Source: Candidatus Dormibacteria bacterium
GTDB lineage: Bacteria; Chloroflexota; Dormibacteria; DASZGP01
DNA: 64,000 nucleotides
Assembly (NCBI GenBank): GCA_046262455.1
Contig: JBHEMS010000055.1
Span: 2,315-66,314, forward strand
Reading direction: 5' to 3'
Shown here: one piece after another, positions 55,114 through 63,184 of the stretch
Numbering within the stretch: position 1 is the first letter of the stretch
How the letters are laid out: each line of letters starts with the position of its first letter
Position numbers and translations under genes: made by a program
The notes under the pieces: generated by a model
What the model saw: the letters and a program-made list of their open reading frames with translations, nothing else
Databases searched by the model: none
What the model was told of the DNA's origin: nothing

Positions 55114-56397
55114 CTAGCCGATGATTGGCCAGCGGCGTTCCGCGGCCATCTCGTCGAGGGCTTGCTGCATCACCCGGACAACCTCGTCGAAGCACTCCTG
55201 GACGTACTCGTCATCGGCCGCCGCCTCGGGCCCGGTGCGTGCGAACTTCATCTCCGGGAGGACCCGGATGCCGATCTTGGCGGGTAGCAGCACCCGGGGC
55301 AGGAAGTCGGTGGCCCAGATGCCCCACGGCAGTCCAACCTGGATGGGCGTGGCCTTGATTCGCAACGATTTGTCGATCCCCAGCAGTTTGCACAGCCACT
55401 GACCATCGCTGAGGAAGATGCCCGTCTCGTGGCTGCCGACGTTGACCACCGGGACCAGGGGGACCTCGTTCTTGAGCGCGGTGCGGATGAATCCCTTGCG
55501 CCCGGCGAGGCTGATCTCGTTGCGCTTCCACCACGGCCGGTAGGTCTCGATATCGCCCCCCGGGTAGACCAGCACGCAGGCCCCGCGACGAAGCGCCTCA
55601 TCAGCATTCTCCCGCGACGCCGGGATCGAGCCAAAGGCCTTGAGAAGGCGGCCGACGATGGGCGCCGCCATGGCCGCCGAGTGGGTGAGCGCGAACCACG
55701 GCCGCTCGGCGCCGAAGTAGGTGGCAAAGGCCATCCCCAGGATGAAACTGTCGGGGATGTAGTTGCCGCCGCTGTGGTTGCCGACCAGTAGGGCCGGGCC
55801 GACGTCCGGGATGTTCTCCAGGCCTTCGACCCTGGCGCGGAAGTACAGCGTCGCGATGAGCCAGTTCAGCGGCAGGTTCTCCCGGATCAGGTCCGGGTCG
55901 CGCTGCTCAAATGTGCCACTGAAGATGCGGTCCAGCAGCCGCTCAGCAACGCGGAAGGCCGCCGAGGGATTTTCGCGCCAGTCCTCGGCCTCTTTGACGG
56001 TTTCGTAGAACTCGGCCGCCGCGGTGGTGGTGCGGTGGCTCCGGCCGGCGTCGACCGCGACGCTATCGGGGCGGCGGGAGGCCTCCCGGGTGGAACGGAT
56101 GGCGCCGGATCGCTGACGGGTCGCCGCGCGCGCGGATTCTGCCGCTGCGCGCTTGGCCACGGTCCTGGTGCCGTTGACCGAGGTCTTACTCGCCCCGTTC
56201 GTCGACGCGCCGTTGGCGGCAGACTTACGCGCCGGCGCCTCGCGCTTCGCGGTCCGGCGACGCGACGCCGCGCCAGCGCTCTGCGAGCTCAGCGGTGGGT
56301 CCCCGAAGGGCGACCCCGTCAGACCTGTGCTGGCCGCGCCCTGCCACGCCGCACTGCGGATCGAGTCAGAGGCGCGCTTGCGGTTCGAAGCAGCCAC
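55114..56397 (-). CDS. Acyltransferase (PlsC/LPLAT-superfamily-like) with a ~125-aa basic disordered N-terminal region
   Basis: The core has ALLVGNHSGGNYIPDSF and VLVYPGGDIE, which are acyltransferase-like motifs. The N-terminus is Ser/Ala/Arg-rich. Confidence 0.68.
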   Translation of the reverse strand: MAASNRKRASDSIRSAAWQGAASTGLTGSPFGDPPLSSQSAGAASRRRTAKREAPARKSAANGASTNGASKTSVNGTRTVAKRAAAESARAATRQRSGAIRSTREASRRPDSVAVDAGRSHRTTTAAAEFYETVKEAEDWRENPSAAFRVAERLLDRIFSGTFEQRDPDLIRENLPLNWLIATLYFRARVEGLENIPDVGPALLVGNHSGGNYIPDSFILGMAFATYFGAERPWFALTHSAAMAAPIVGRLLKAFGSIPASRENADEALRRGACVLVYPGGDIETYRPWWKRNEISLAGRKGFIRTALKNEVPLVPVVNVGSHETGIFLSDGQWLCKLLGIDKSLRIKATPIQVGLPWGIWATDFLPRVLLPAKIGIRVLPEMKFARTGPEAAADDEYVQECFDEVVRVMQQALDEMAAERRWPIIG

Positions 56398-56456
56398 CTT
56401 CCTATCTTATTTGCGCGCCCCCGGCGGGCGGGGAATCTGTGACAGCGTCCCCTCGT

Positions 56457-56462
56457 TAGAAT
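56457..56462 (+). promoter_or_regulatory. Candidate -10 box (TAGAAT) for tRNA-Cys
   Basis: The hexamer ends 12 nt before the tRNA 5' end. Confidence 0.4.
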
Positions 56463-56473
56463 CGGCGGGTCGA

Positions 56474-56547
56474 GGCGACTTAGCCAAGTGGTAAGGCAGG
56501 GGACTGCAAATCCCTCATCCCGGGTTCGATTCCCGGAGTCGCCTCCA
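56474..56547 (+). tRNA. tRNA-Cys (anticodon GCA)
   Basis: Acceptor GGCGACT/AGTCGCC, anticodon stem GGGGA/TCCCT with loop CTGCAAA, T-arm CCGGG-TTCGATT-CCCGG, encoded CCA. Confidence 0.95.
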
Positions 56548-56644
56548 AAATTGACCTGGGCTCACTTTTTCAGAGCCGGCCCTCGCTGTAATTCCAAGGT
56601 GGTGGAACCGTCAGGTAACGTCCGGCACGGGTCGGACCTTCGGC

Positions 56645-57175
56645 TCAACCGTCGCGCACTCCTCGAGCGCGTTTCTTCAGGTCGCGGTCAGCCGCCGCGA
56701 GTGCGGAGCTAATGAAAGCGGACTTGGCCTCTGAGTATCCGCCCCGGTCTTCAATGTATTCCGCGGCCAGCCGTCGTTTCAGGGAGGCATAGCGCGACGC
56801 GAGATCGGGATCGCCCCGCAGTTGGTCACGAAACAGGAGGTGGTCACGGTGCTGCTTGCTCCCGGCGACAGTCACGTAGAGGTGGTGAGGAGGTGCACCC
56901 GGAGGTGACTGGAAAGCCTCGCGCCCTGAGATGCCCAGGTCGCCCTGGTGGATGTAGCCCAGCCGACGGAGTCGTTCGATGGCGCGCGGAATGACCTCTG
57001 CAGAGGGGACGACCACGTCCATGTCGATGATCGGCTTCGCGGCCAGCCCTGGGACGGCGGTGCTCCCCACGTGTTCGACCTCCGCGCCGAGATCACTGAC
57101 CGCTCTCGCGACGGGTGACGCGAGGTCCCTGAAGAGGCGGGGCCAAGTCCCGTCATAGTCGGTGATCACGATCAT
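56645..57175 (-). CDS. GrpB family protein
   Basis: From ATG 57175: MIVITDYDGTWPRLF, VEHVGSTAVPGLAAKPIIDMDVVV and HHLYV. The ORF-track start at 57301 adds 42 atypical residues. Confidence 0.85.
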   Translation of the reverse strand: MIVITDYDGTWPRLFRDLASPVARAVSDLGAEVEHVGSTAVPGLAAKPIIDMDVVVPSAEVIPRAIERLRRLGYIHQGDLGISGREAFQSPPGAPPHHLYVTVAGSKQHRDHLLFRDQLRGDPDLASRYASLKRRLAAEYIEDRGGYSEAKSAFISSALAAADRDLKKRARGVRDG

Positions 57176-57392
57176 GGTTCCATCCTCACATGGCCGTGGT
57201 CTCCAGCGCCGCCAGGGGCCGCCGCGCCGCGCCCAGGATGCGCTCGCCGGGAGCGGGATCCTGGCTATCGCCTCGTCGCGGCTACCGGCCGAGTTGGCCA
57301 CCTCCGAAAGGTGTAAAACAAGCCGCTACACCTGCGCAGGAGCCTCGATGCGTTGCGGCGACCTGGAGGTCATGTGAAGCTGTCTGTTATCG

Positions 57393-58127
57393 ATGTTCTC
57401 TCCAAAACGACACCGCCAGCTCGCCCGCCTCCTTGATATCGGGTCGACCAGCCGGATACTCGACCTTGGCTGCGGACCAGGGCGCACCATGGAGGAGATT
57501 GCTCATATCCTCGGCCCCGGTGGGTCAATAACGGGCGTCGACTTGAAGGAGATGACCTTTCCTGACCAGCTTGCCGGCGACGCCCGTGTGCGCCAGGTCG
57601 TCGCCGACGTAGCGGGGCCCCTCCCTTTTGAGGACGGCGCATTTGACCGGGTCGTCAGCCACAACGTCCTCGAGCTTCTTTCTGACCCCGGACCTTTCCT
57701 CCTGGAGGCATGGAGGGTCCTTGTCTCCGACGGGATCCTGGTCCTGGGTCACACGGACTTCGACACGATGGTCTTCGCCTCCGACGATCTTCCGCTTACG
57801 AGGCAGCTCGTCCACTGTTTCTGCGACACCACTCAAGGCTGGATGCAGCGTTCGGACGGGACGATGGGCCGCAAGCTCGCTGGAATCGTGGCAGGCTCGT
57901 CATTCCGGACGGAGCGTGTAACGGGATGGATCAATCTACTGACTTCCTTCGCACCTGGCTCGCCGGGGCGGAACGCCGCTGAGGCCGTTGCCTCCGTCGG
58001 CCGCCACAACCCCGACATTGACAATCGTTCGATCGATGAGTGGTTCGCTGGACTCGAGCGCCTGGCAGAGCGGGACGCCTTCCTGTATAGCGTGAATGAC
58101 TACGCCATCGTTGCACGGAAGGCATGA
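57393..58127 (+). CDS. Class I SAM-dependent methyltransferase
   Basis: Motif I ILDLGCGPG, an acidic post-I motif (TGVD) and FDRVVSHNVLE. An in-frame stop lies 18 nt upstream of ATG 57393. Confidence 0.85.
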   Translation: MFSPKRHRQLARLLDIGSTSRILDLGCGPGRTMEEIAHILGPGGSITGVDLKEMTFPDQLAGDARVRQVVADVAGPLPFEDGAFDRVVSHNVLELLSDPGPFLLEAWRVLVSDGILVLGHTDFDTMVFASDDLPLTRQLVHCFCDTTQGWMQRSDGTMGRKLAGIVAGSSFRTERVTGWINLLTSFAPGSPGRNAAEAVASVGRHNPDIDNRSIDEWFAGLERLAERDAFLYSVNDYAIVARKA

Positions 58128-58208
58128 TCTGCCTGGATGCGCTCACCCGTGGTCCTGACCGCGACGATCGTTTCGCTTCCGGCCCCTGTGGCCGCCTAAG
58201 CTAAGAAC

Positions 58209-59405
58209 TTAGGGAGTGTCAAGAGTCTCGAACCTGAAGGCCGCTGCCCGAACGGAGCCGGTGGCGGCAATGTAGAAGCCCGCGGTCACCATCACGGCTT
58301 CGTCCGGGACGACCATCTCGCTTGCCTGTCCCAGCCATTCGGTGGTGCCCTCGATCGCGTCCATGGGACCAGCACTTACGATCCCATCCTTGCCCCAGGC
58401 CAGGAGGCTGATCCCGCACCCGGCGCCGCTGACCTGGTCCGCCCGCAGCTGGCCAGACCATCGCACCAGTCTGCCGCGCAGGCTTTCGGCTGGCACCGAC
58501 TGGTAGAGCGCGCAGTAGGGGACGGGAACCGGAGGATCCCGGCTTATCAAACCGCAGGCTTGGCCGTCCGGGCCGCCGTCGGTTTCGAAGCCCACCGTGG
58601 CGGGCGCGCCGTCCCGGTTCCAGTGCACCGGAATGTGATCAGAGCTCACCCCTTCCGAGAAATCCAGGTTTCGCAGCTCCTGTTTGATAGGAACGATTTC
58701 GCCTGCGTACGCATCGGCACAGTTGCCGCAGATGCTGAGGCCGCGTGTCCCGAACACCATGATGTCTGGCGCACGTTCATCAGAATGGCCACAGAGGCTG
58801 CAGGCGATTGGGTCGGCCCGGGCCCGGCCTTCCTCGGCCTCACGCGCTCGTGCCTCCTTCTCCTCGTCGGTCAGCTCGTTGATTCGGGACAGGTGCTGCT
58901 CGCTGACTCGTCTGAGCCCAGGGTCTAACTCCTTCCATTCAGGTCCACCCGGGTTGTCCATCGCCCGCTGCCATTGGCGATTCCGTTCGATGGCCGTCAG
59001 CATGTTGGTCGCGCACCCACCACAGATCGACCCGCTCACCCCGACATGGAGTCCGCCCACGACGGATGCGGGTCGATCGCAGAAGCTGCATTGGAGGCTC
59101 TTCTCGTCCCGTAGCCTGTCCGGCTCAGGGCGTCGATTGACGACTTTGCCGCTGCTCATCCACGTGAAGACGAACCGATCCTTCGGTTCCGAATCCGCCA
59201 ACCACCGTTCAACGCGATCGCGCTGCAGGTCGATCGAGCTTGTCTCCTGACAGTGGGCGCACGCTACGACCGCGCGCGCCTGATGCTGGGGATCGTCAGG
59301 ATGCGCGACTTCGACGACAGAGCAGCGCTCTAGACTCTTCTCACAGTTCCCGCAGACATTCGGCAGGGTCATGCGCACGAGGTCGGCAAGGGTCCGCTCA
59401 GGCAA
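58209..59405 (-). CDS. Triple zinc-ribbon protein: two ClpX-type C4 zinc fingers plus a C-terminal beta-rich (jelly-roll-like) domain
   Basis: TTG 59405 is preceded by AAGGAGG with a 5-nt spacer. Zinc-ribbon motifs: CGNC-27-CAHC; CSFCDR-18-CGGC (same spacing as the E. coli ClpX N-domain CSFCGK..ICDEC); CSLCGH-20-CGNC. Confidence 0.75.
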   Translation of the reverse strand: MPERTLADLVRMTLPNVCGNCEKSLERCSVVEVAHPDDPQHQARAVVACAHCQETSSIDLQRDRVERWLADSEPKDRFVFTWMSSGKVVNRRPEPDRLRDEKSLQCSFCDRPASVVGGLHVGVSGSICGGCATNMLTAIERNRQWQRAMDNPGGPEWKELDPGLRRVSEQHLSRINELTDEEKEARAREAEEGRARADPIACSLCGHSDERAPDIMVFGTRGLSICGNCADAYAGEIVPIKQELRNLDFSEGVSSDHIPVHWNRDGAPATVGFETDGGPDGQACGLISRDPPVPVPYCALYQSVPAESLRGRLVRWSGQLRADQVSGAGCGISLLAWGKDGIVSAGPMDAIEGTTEWLGQASEMVVPDEAVMVTAGFYIAATGSVRAAAFRFETLDTP

Positions 59406-59489
59406 TCGTGCCTCCTTGTGGTTGGATCATCTTAGAGCGCCCCCGTCCCGTTGCCCCCCGTGCCACGTGAGAAAATGAGTGGCGGCCGA

Positions 59490-60104
59490 TCACGTTCCCC
59501 GCGAAACGATATCCGTGATCAGTTCGCAGAGGGACGTCTCCACCTCGCGGCGGCTCATCCCGACATCGCGGCGAAGAACCTTCCAGTGGTAGACATCGGT
59601 CACCGCCACGAGCTGTCCGACGCGACGTCTGCGAACCGATGGCCCCAGGCGCCCGAGCAGCGGCGCAAACGTCCGGCCAACCCACGCCGCGTGGTATTTC
59701 CGCCCCACCTCAACGCTGTTGGGCACGCCGATCAGTCCACGCTCCTGGGAAAGTAGGTGCAGAACCTCGTCGCCCCATTCCTCGTAGGTGTCGACCAACA
59801 ACCGGACCGCCCGGGAAATGTCGCCGACCGGGACCTCGTCCCTTGCGCGGCGGATGCTCGCGGCGCGCTCCGCGCTCACCGCACCGAACAAACCTTGCTT
59901 GGAGCCGAAGCGACGCACGACGGTTCGCTCGGTTACGCCAGCGTCGGAGGCAACGTCCTCGAGGGAGACCTGGTCGTAGCGAAGGTCCGCGAACATTCGG
60001 CGGGCCGAGGCCAGGATTCTTTTGCCATTGGCCTGGGTGGAAACCGCACGCTGACCCATCCGATACGTCCGCGCCGCTGAAGCTTGCGTCACCGCCATAT
60101 TCAT
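59490..60104 (-). CDS. TetR family transcriptional regulator
   Basis: HTH region RILASARRMFADLRYDQVSLEDVASDAGVTERTVVRRFGSKQGLF. Start is ATG 60104 or 60098. The 334-aa ORF-track version extends across the divergent gene. Confidence 0.88.
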   Translation of the reverse strand: MNMAVTQASAARTYRMGQRAVSTQANGKRILASARRMFADLRYDQVSLEDVASDAGVTERTVVRRFGSKQGLFGAVSAERAASIRRARDEVPVGDISRAVRLLVDTYEEWGDEVLHLLSQERGLIGVPNSVEVGRKYHAAWVGRTFAPLLGRLGPSVRRRRVGQLVAVTDVYHWKVLRRDVGMSRREVETSLCELITDIVSRGT

Positions 60105-60128
60105 GTCAGCATAGCAGACATGAATATG
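60096..60128. promoter_or_regulatory. Perfect 12-bp inverted repeat (probable TetR operator) spanning both divergent start codons
   Basis: CATATTCATGTC (60096-60107), 9-nt spacer AGCATAGCA, GACATGAATATG (60117-60128). On the minus strand the spacer reads TATGCT, a TANNNT -10 candidate. Confidence 0.55.
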
Positions 60129-61082
60129 AGAGGAGCAGCAATCGACAGCGTGTCTGGACGACTCCGCATACCCGACGAGGTTGGAGCGGGTCACGGGATG
60201 GAGTTGGAGTTCTGGGAACAGGGCGCCGGCCGCACGGTCATATTTCTCCATGGCGGGATCCTGACCAATTGGTTTGGTCCGCTCGCCGACCACCTGGCAA
60301 AGCTCGGCGAGTACCGGGTGGTCAGCTATAACCGCCCCGGTTACGCCGGAAGTTCGCTTCCGTCGGAACCCTTGACGATGGCCGGGCAAGCCGAATGCTG
60401 CCTGGCGCTGATGCGGCATATGGGCATCAAGGGCGCTCACCTTGTCGGGCACTCCATCGGCGCCTGCGTCGCGCTCCAGGTCGCCCTCCAACAACCGGGG
60501 GTTGTCCTGTCGCTGGGGCTACTTGAACCGCCGGTTTTCGCGGCGACACCGAACCCGGGACCGGCCCTGTCCGTCATTGGCGCTACCGCGGCCGCCTGGA
60601 ACCAGGGAGACATTGCCGGCGCCATGGATGTCTTCATGCGCGGTGTCGTCGACCCGGATTACGGCCGCGAACTTGATCGCACCCTGGGCACCTGGCGTGA
60701 GGACGCGCTGCGGGGAACCGATGTGTTCCTTCGCGTCGATCAGGCGGCGATGCAGGGATGGCGGTTCGGGCAGACGGAGGCGGCCATGGTATGTCAGCCG
60801 TCGATCCTCTTCCTCGGCGGGGAAAGCAACAGGATCAATGCAATCCGCGAGCCCATCCATAACTCCCTGCTGTCCTGGCTGCCTGATGCCGTGGGCGCGA
60901 CAATTCCGGGCGGCTCACACCTGCTGCCACTGCAGGAGCCCACCCGAATTGCTGATGTCCTCGACTCGTTCTACACGCAGCGGTTCGGTCACTGGATGCC
61001 GCGATGCGGGCAGCCTCATGGTGCCCAGGGGCACCGGGGCACTAGCTGCCCCAGCTATACCCGCATGTCGACTCGCGCTTGA
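60120..61082 (+). CDS. Alpha/beta hydrolase
   Basis: VIFLHGG, nucleophile elbow GHSIGA and a C-terminal GGSHLLPLQEP (His). Start is uncertain (TTG 60084, ATG 60120, 60126 or 60198). Confidence 0.86.
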   Translation: MNMRGAAIDSVSGRLRIPDEVGAGHGMELEFWEQGAGRTVIFLHGGILTNWFGPLADHLAKLGEYRVVSYNRPGYAGSSLPSEPLTMAGQAECCLALMRHMGIKGAHLVGHSIGACVALQVALQQPGVVLSLGLLEPPVFAATPNPGPALSVIGATAAAWNQGDIAGAMDVFMRGVVDPDYGRELDRTLGTWREDALRGTDVFLRVDQAAMQGWRFGQTEAAMVCQPSILFLGGESNRINAIREPIHNSLLSWLPDAVGATIPGGSHLLPLQEPTRIADVLDSFYTQRFGHWMPRCGQPHGAQGHRGTSCPSYTRMSTRA

Positions 61083-61107
61083 CAAACGAACATGCGTTTG
61101 GTATTAT
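61079..61107 (+). promoter_or_regulatory. Near-consensus sigma70/SigA-type promoter TTGACA-N17-TATTAT for the HNH gene
   Basis: TTGACA at 61079-61084, a 17-nt spacer and TATTAT at 61102-61107. The A of ATG 61114 is exactly 7 nt after the -10 box, so the predicted mRNA is leaderless. The spacer contains the dyad CAAACG-N6-CGTTTG (61083-61100). Confidence 0.6.
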
Positions 61108-61113
61108 CGATGA

Positions 61114-62430
61114 ATGGGGGTTCGGGGCGCAGTAGCTGTATCCAGTGGTCGGTCCCTGGCCGAACTGGTCGCCTCGGTCGAGGCGTTCGCGGCCCAGTTC
61201 CGTCCGGCTGCGGACCCCGTCGACCTGGGAGCCGACCTCGTGCAACTCCGGGGTGTCATAGATCGCCTCGAGGTGCTGTTCTCCCAGGCTGTCGGGACCT
61301 TTGCCGCCACGGACGAGTACGCCAACCAGGGGGCCACGTCTCCCATTGAGTGGGTTCGACATAACTGCCGGATGAGCGGCGCTGCCGCGGCCCGGCGGGT
61401 TGTCGTGGGCGAGCAGCTCGAGAAGCTGCCCCAGATGGTGGATTCGCTGGAGGCGGGGCAGGTCGGCTTCGGCCACGTGGTCCACGCCGCCTTCGCGGCG
61501 CGCAAGCTCAACAACTCCAACACCGGCGCCGGCTTTGACGAGTCGGACCTGTTGCAGCAGGCCGAGGGTTTGAGTGTTGGCGCGTTCTACTTCGCGGTGG
61601 CCCACTACATCCACGCCCAGGACCCGAGAGGGGTCATCAAGGATGAGAAAACCGCTGCCGAGCTGCGCGAGCTTTCAATCTCCACCAACAGCGAGGGCTG
61701 GGTCCACCTCAGCGCGGACCTCGACCCCGACGGCGGCGCAGTCGTGCGGACCGCACTGGAAGCCCTGGCGGCTCCCACCGGGAAGGACGACGACCGCCCG
61801 CACGAGCGGCGGATGGCGGATGCCCTGGTTGAAGTGTCCTCGCACCGTATGGATACCGGCGACATGCCGATCCGCGGCGGCCAGCGTGTTCATGTCCAGG
61901 TCACCGCTTCCTACGACACGCTCAAGCAACAGGTTGGCGCTCCCGGTGCTCAGCTCGGTTTCGGACTTCCGATCTCGGCTGAGAAGGCCCGGCGGCTGGC
62001 CTGCGATTGCAACCTAACAAGGGTGCTGCTCAACTCCGACTCGGTGCCAATTGACGTGGGTCGGGAGAAACGGGTGGTTTCCGGTGCGATTCGCAAAGCG
62101 GTGCACCTGTTGTATCCGTGCTGCGGTTTCCCCGGCTGCGAGAGACCCGCATCCTGGACCGAGGCGCACCACATAAAACACTGGATAGATGGCGGTCTGA
62201 CAATCGTGGAAAACCTTGTGCCACTGTGCTTACGCCATCACTTCATGGTGCACGAGGGTGGGTGGACGATTGAGAAAGTCGGTGCGGGTGCACTCCGCTT
62301 TATCCGGCCGTCGCGCGACAGGTTCTCATTCACTGAGTTCATGACGGACGTACGGCCAGCGCCTGACTCAACAGGCCAGGCGAATGTGCCGGCATGTCAA
62401 TCGCCCTGGCCTCCAGCGCTGACTACTTGA
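61114..62430 (+). CDS. DUF222 / HNH endonuclease (REP13E12-like family)
   Basis: The N-terminal DUF222-like helical region is followed by the HNH motif CCGFPGCERPASWTEAHHIKHWIDGGLTIVENLVPLCLRHHFMVHEGGW. Confidence 0.9.
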   Translation: MGVRGAVAVSSGRSLAELVASVEAFAAQFRPAADPVDLGADLVQLRGVIDRLEVLFSQAVGTFAATDEYANQGATSPIEWVRHNCRMSGAAAARRVVVGEQLEKLPQMVDSLEAGQVGFGHVVHAAFAARKLNNSNTGAGFDESDLLQQAEGLSVGAFYFAVAHYIHAQDPRGVIKDEKTAAELRELSISTNSEGWVHLSADLDPDGGAVVRTALEALAAPTGKDDDRPHERRMADALVEVSSHRMDTGDMPIRGGQRVHVQVTASYDTLKQQVGAPGAQLGFGLPISAEKARRLACDCNLTRVLLNSDSVPIDVGREKRVVSGAIRKAVHLLYPCCGFPGCERPASWTEAHHIKHWIDGGLTIVENLVPLCLRHHFMVHEGGWTIEKVGAGALRFIRPSRDRFSFTEFMTDVRPAPDSTGQANVPACQSPWPPALTT

Positions 62431-63184
62431 GTTTTGTGTCCTCGCCTGGCGTCCTGGTCCCGCCCGCCGCGTTCGCCCGCCCCCGGCGCTGTTGGACGAT
62501 GATCGCCGCCACCACGATGCCCAGCGCCGCTGACACCAGGACGACCTCGACCACGGCGACAATCCCCGGCCCGCGCTGGCTGGGCGGCTTGCCCGGGGGG
62601 TTGGTCCGGCCGTCGTCGAGGAGGGCGACCACCCCTGCGTGCTGGATCGTGATGTTGGCGATGTCGGTCTGCTGGCCCCACTGGGTGTCATGCCAGGTGC
62701 CGTTGTAGTAGAGACGCACACTGCTGTACTGGACCGGCGGGGTGCGCATCAGCACCTGCGAGCTCTGCTGGAACCTGACCGGCAGGTCCCCGGGCTGACC
62801 GACGACCTCCACGTCGTACGCATTCCCGACCAGCTTGTTCCCGGACGGCGGCGAGGGTGGCGCGCAGACCGGCTTGATCGTGACGTGGTAAGTGGTCGCC
62901 CCCGGCGCCTGTAAGGCCGCCTTGGGGAAGAACGTCAGGAGCTGGTTGTCGGAGGTGTTGACACTGCCGAGCTGACTGCTGCCTGACGTTGATTGGAGAT
63001 CGCCCGTGCCACTCCCCGGTTGCTTGTTGCTGCTGGCGAGGTTCGCCGGCGGGTTGCAGTAGTGGTACGGCTCGACCGGGACCGCGATGCCGTCGTACAG
63101 GGCGGGGGCGGCGGGGAGCAGCAGGCGGCTCGCCACGACCAGCAACGTCCCGGCAAAGGGCAGGAGAAGGCGGCCCGCTCTCAC
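62423..63184 (-). CDS. Hypothetical bitopic surface protein (N-terminal signal/anchor, C-terminal TM + basic tail)
   Basis: GTG 63184 overlaps the CPBP gene stop (GTGA). Hydrophobic N-terminus LLLPFAGTLLVVASRLLLPAAPA, a beta-rich ectodomain, then C-terminal IVAVVEVVLVSAALGIVVAAIIV followed by QQRRGR. Confidence 0.6.
   Translation of the reverse strand: MRAGRLLLPFAGTLLVVASRLLLPAAPALYDGIAVPVEPYHYCNPPANLASSNKQPGSGTGDLQSTSGSSQLGSVNTSDNQLLTFFPKAALQAPGATTYHVTIKPVCAPPSPPSGNKLVGNAYDVEVVGQPGDLPVRFQQSSQVLMRTPPVQYSSVRLYYNGTWHDTQWGQQTDIANITIQHAGVVALLDDGRTNPPGKPPSQRGPGIVAVVEVVLVSAALGIVVAAIIVQQRRGRANAAGGTRTPGEDTKLK

Noticed and set aside
62409-62415. GCCTCCA, identical to the last 7 nt of tRNA-Cys (56541-56547), considered as a possible attR/direct repeat bounding the accessory block.
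   Set aside because: A 7-nt match in 64 kb of G+C-rich sequence is expected by chance. No longer repeat and no integrase or recombinase gene were seen.
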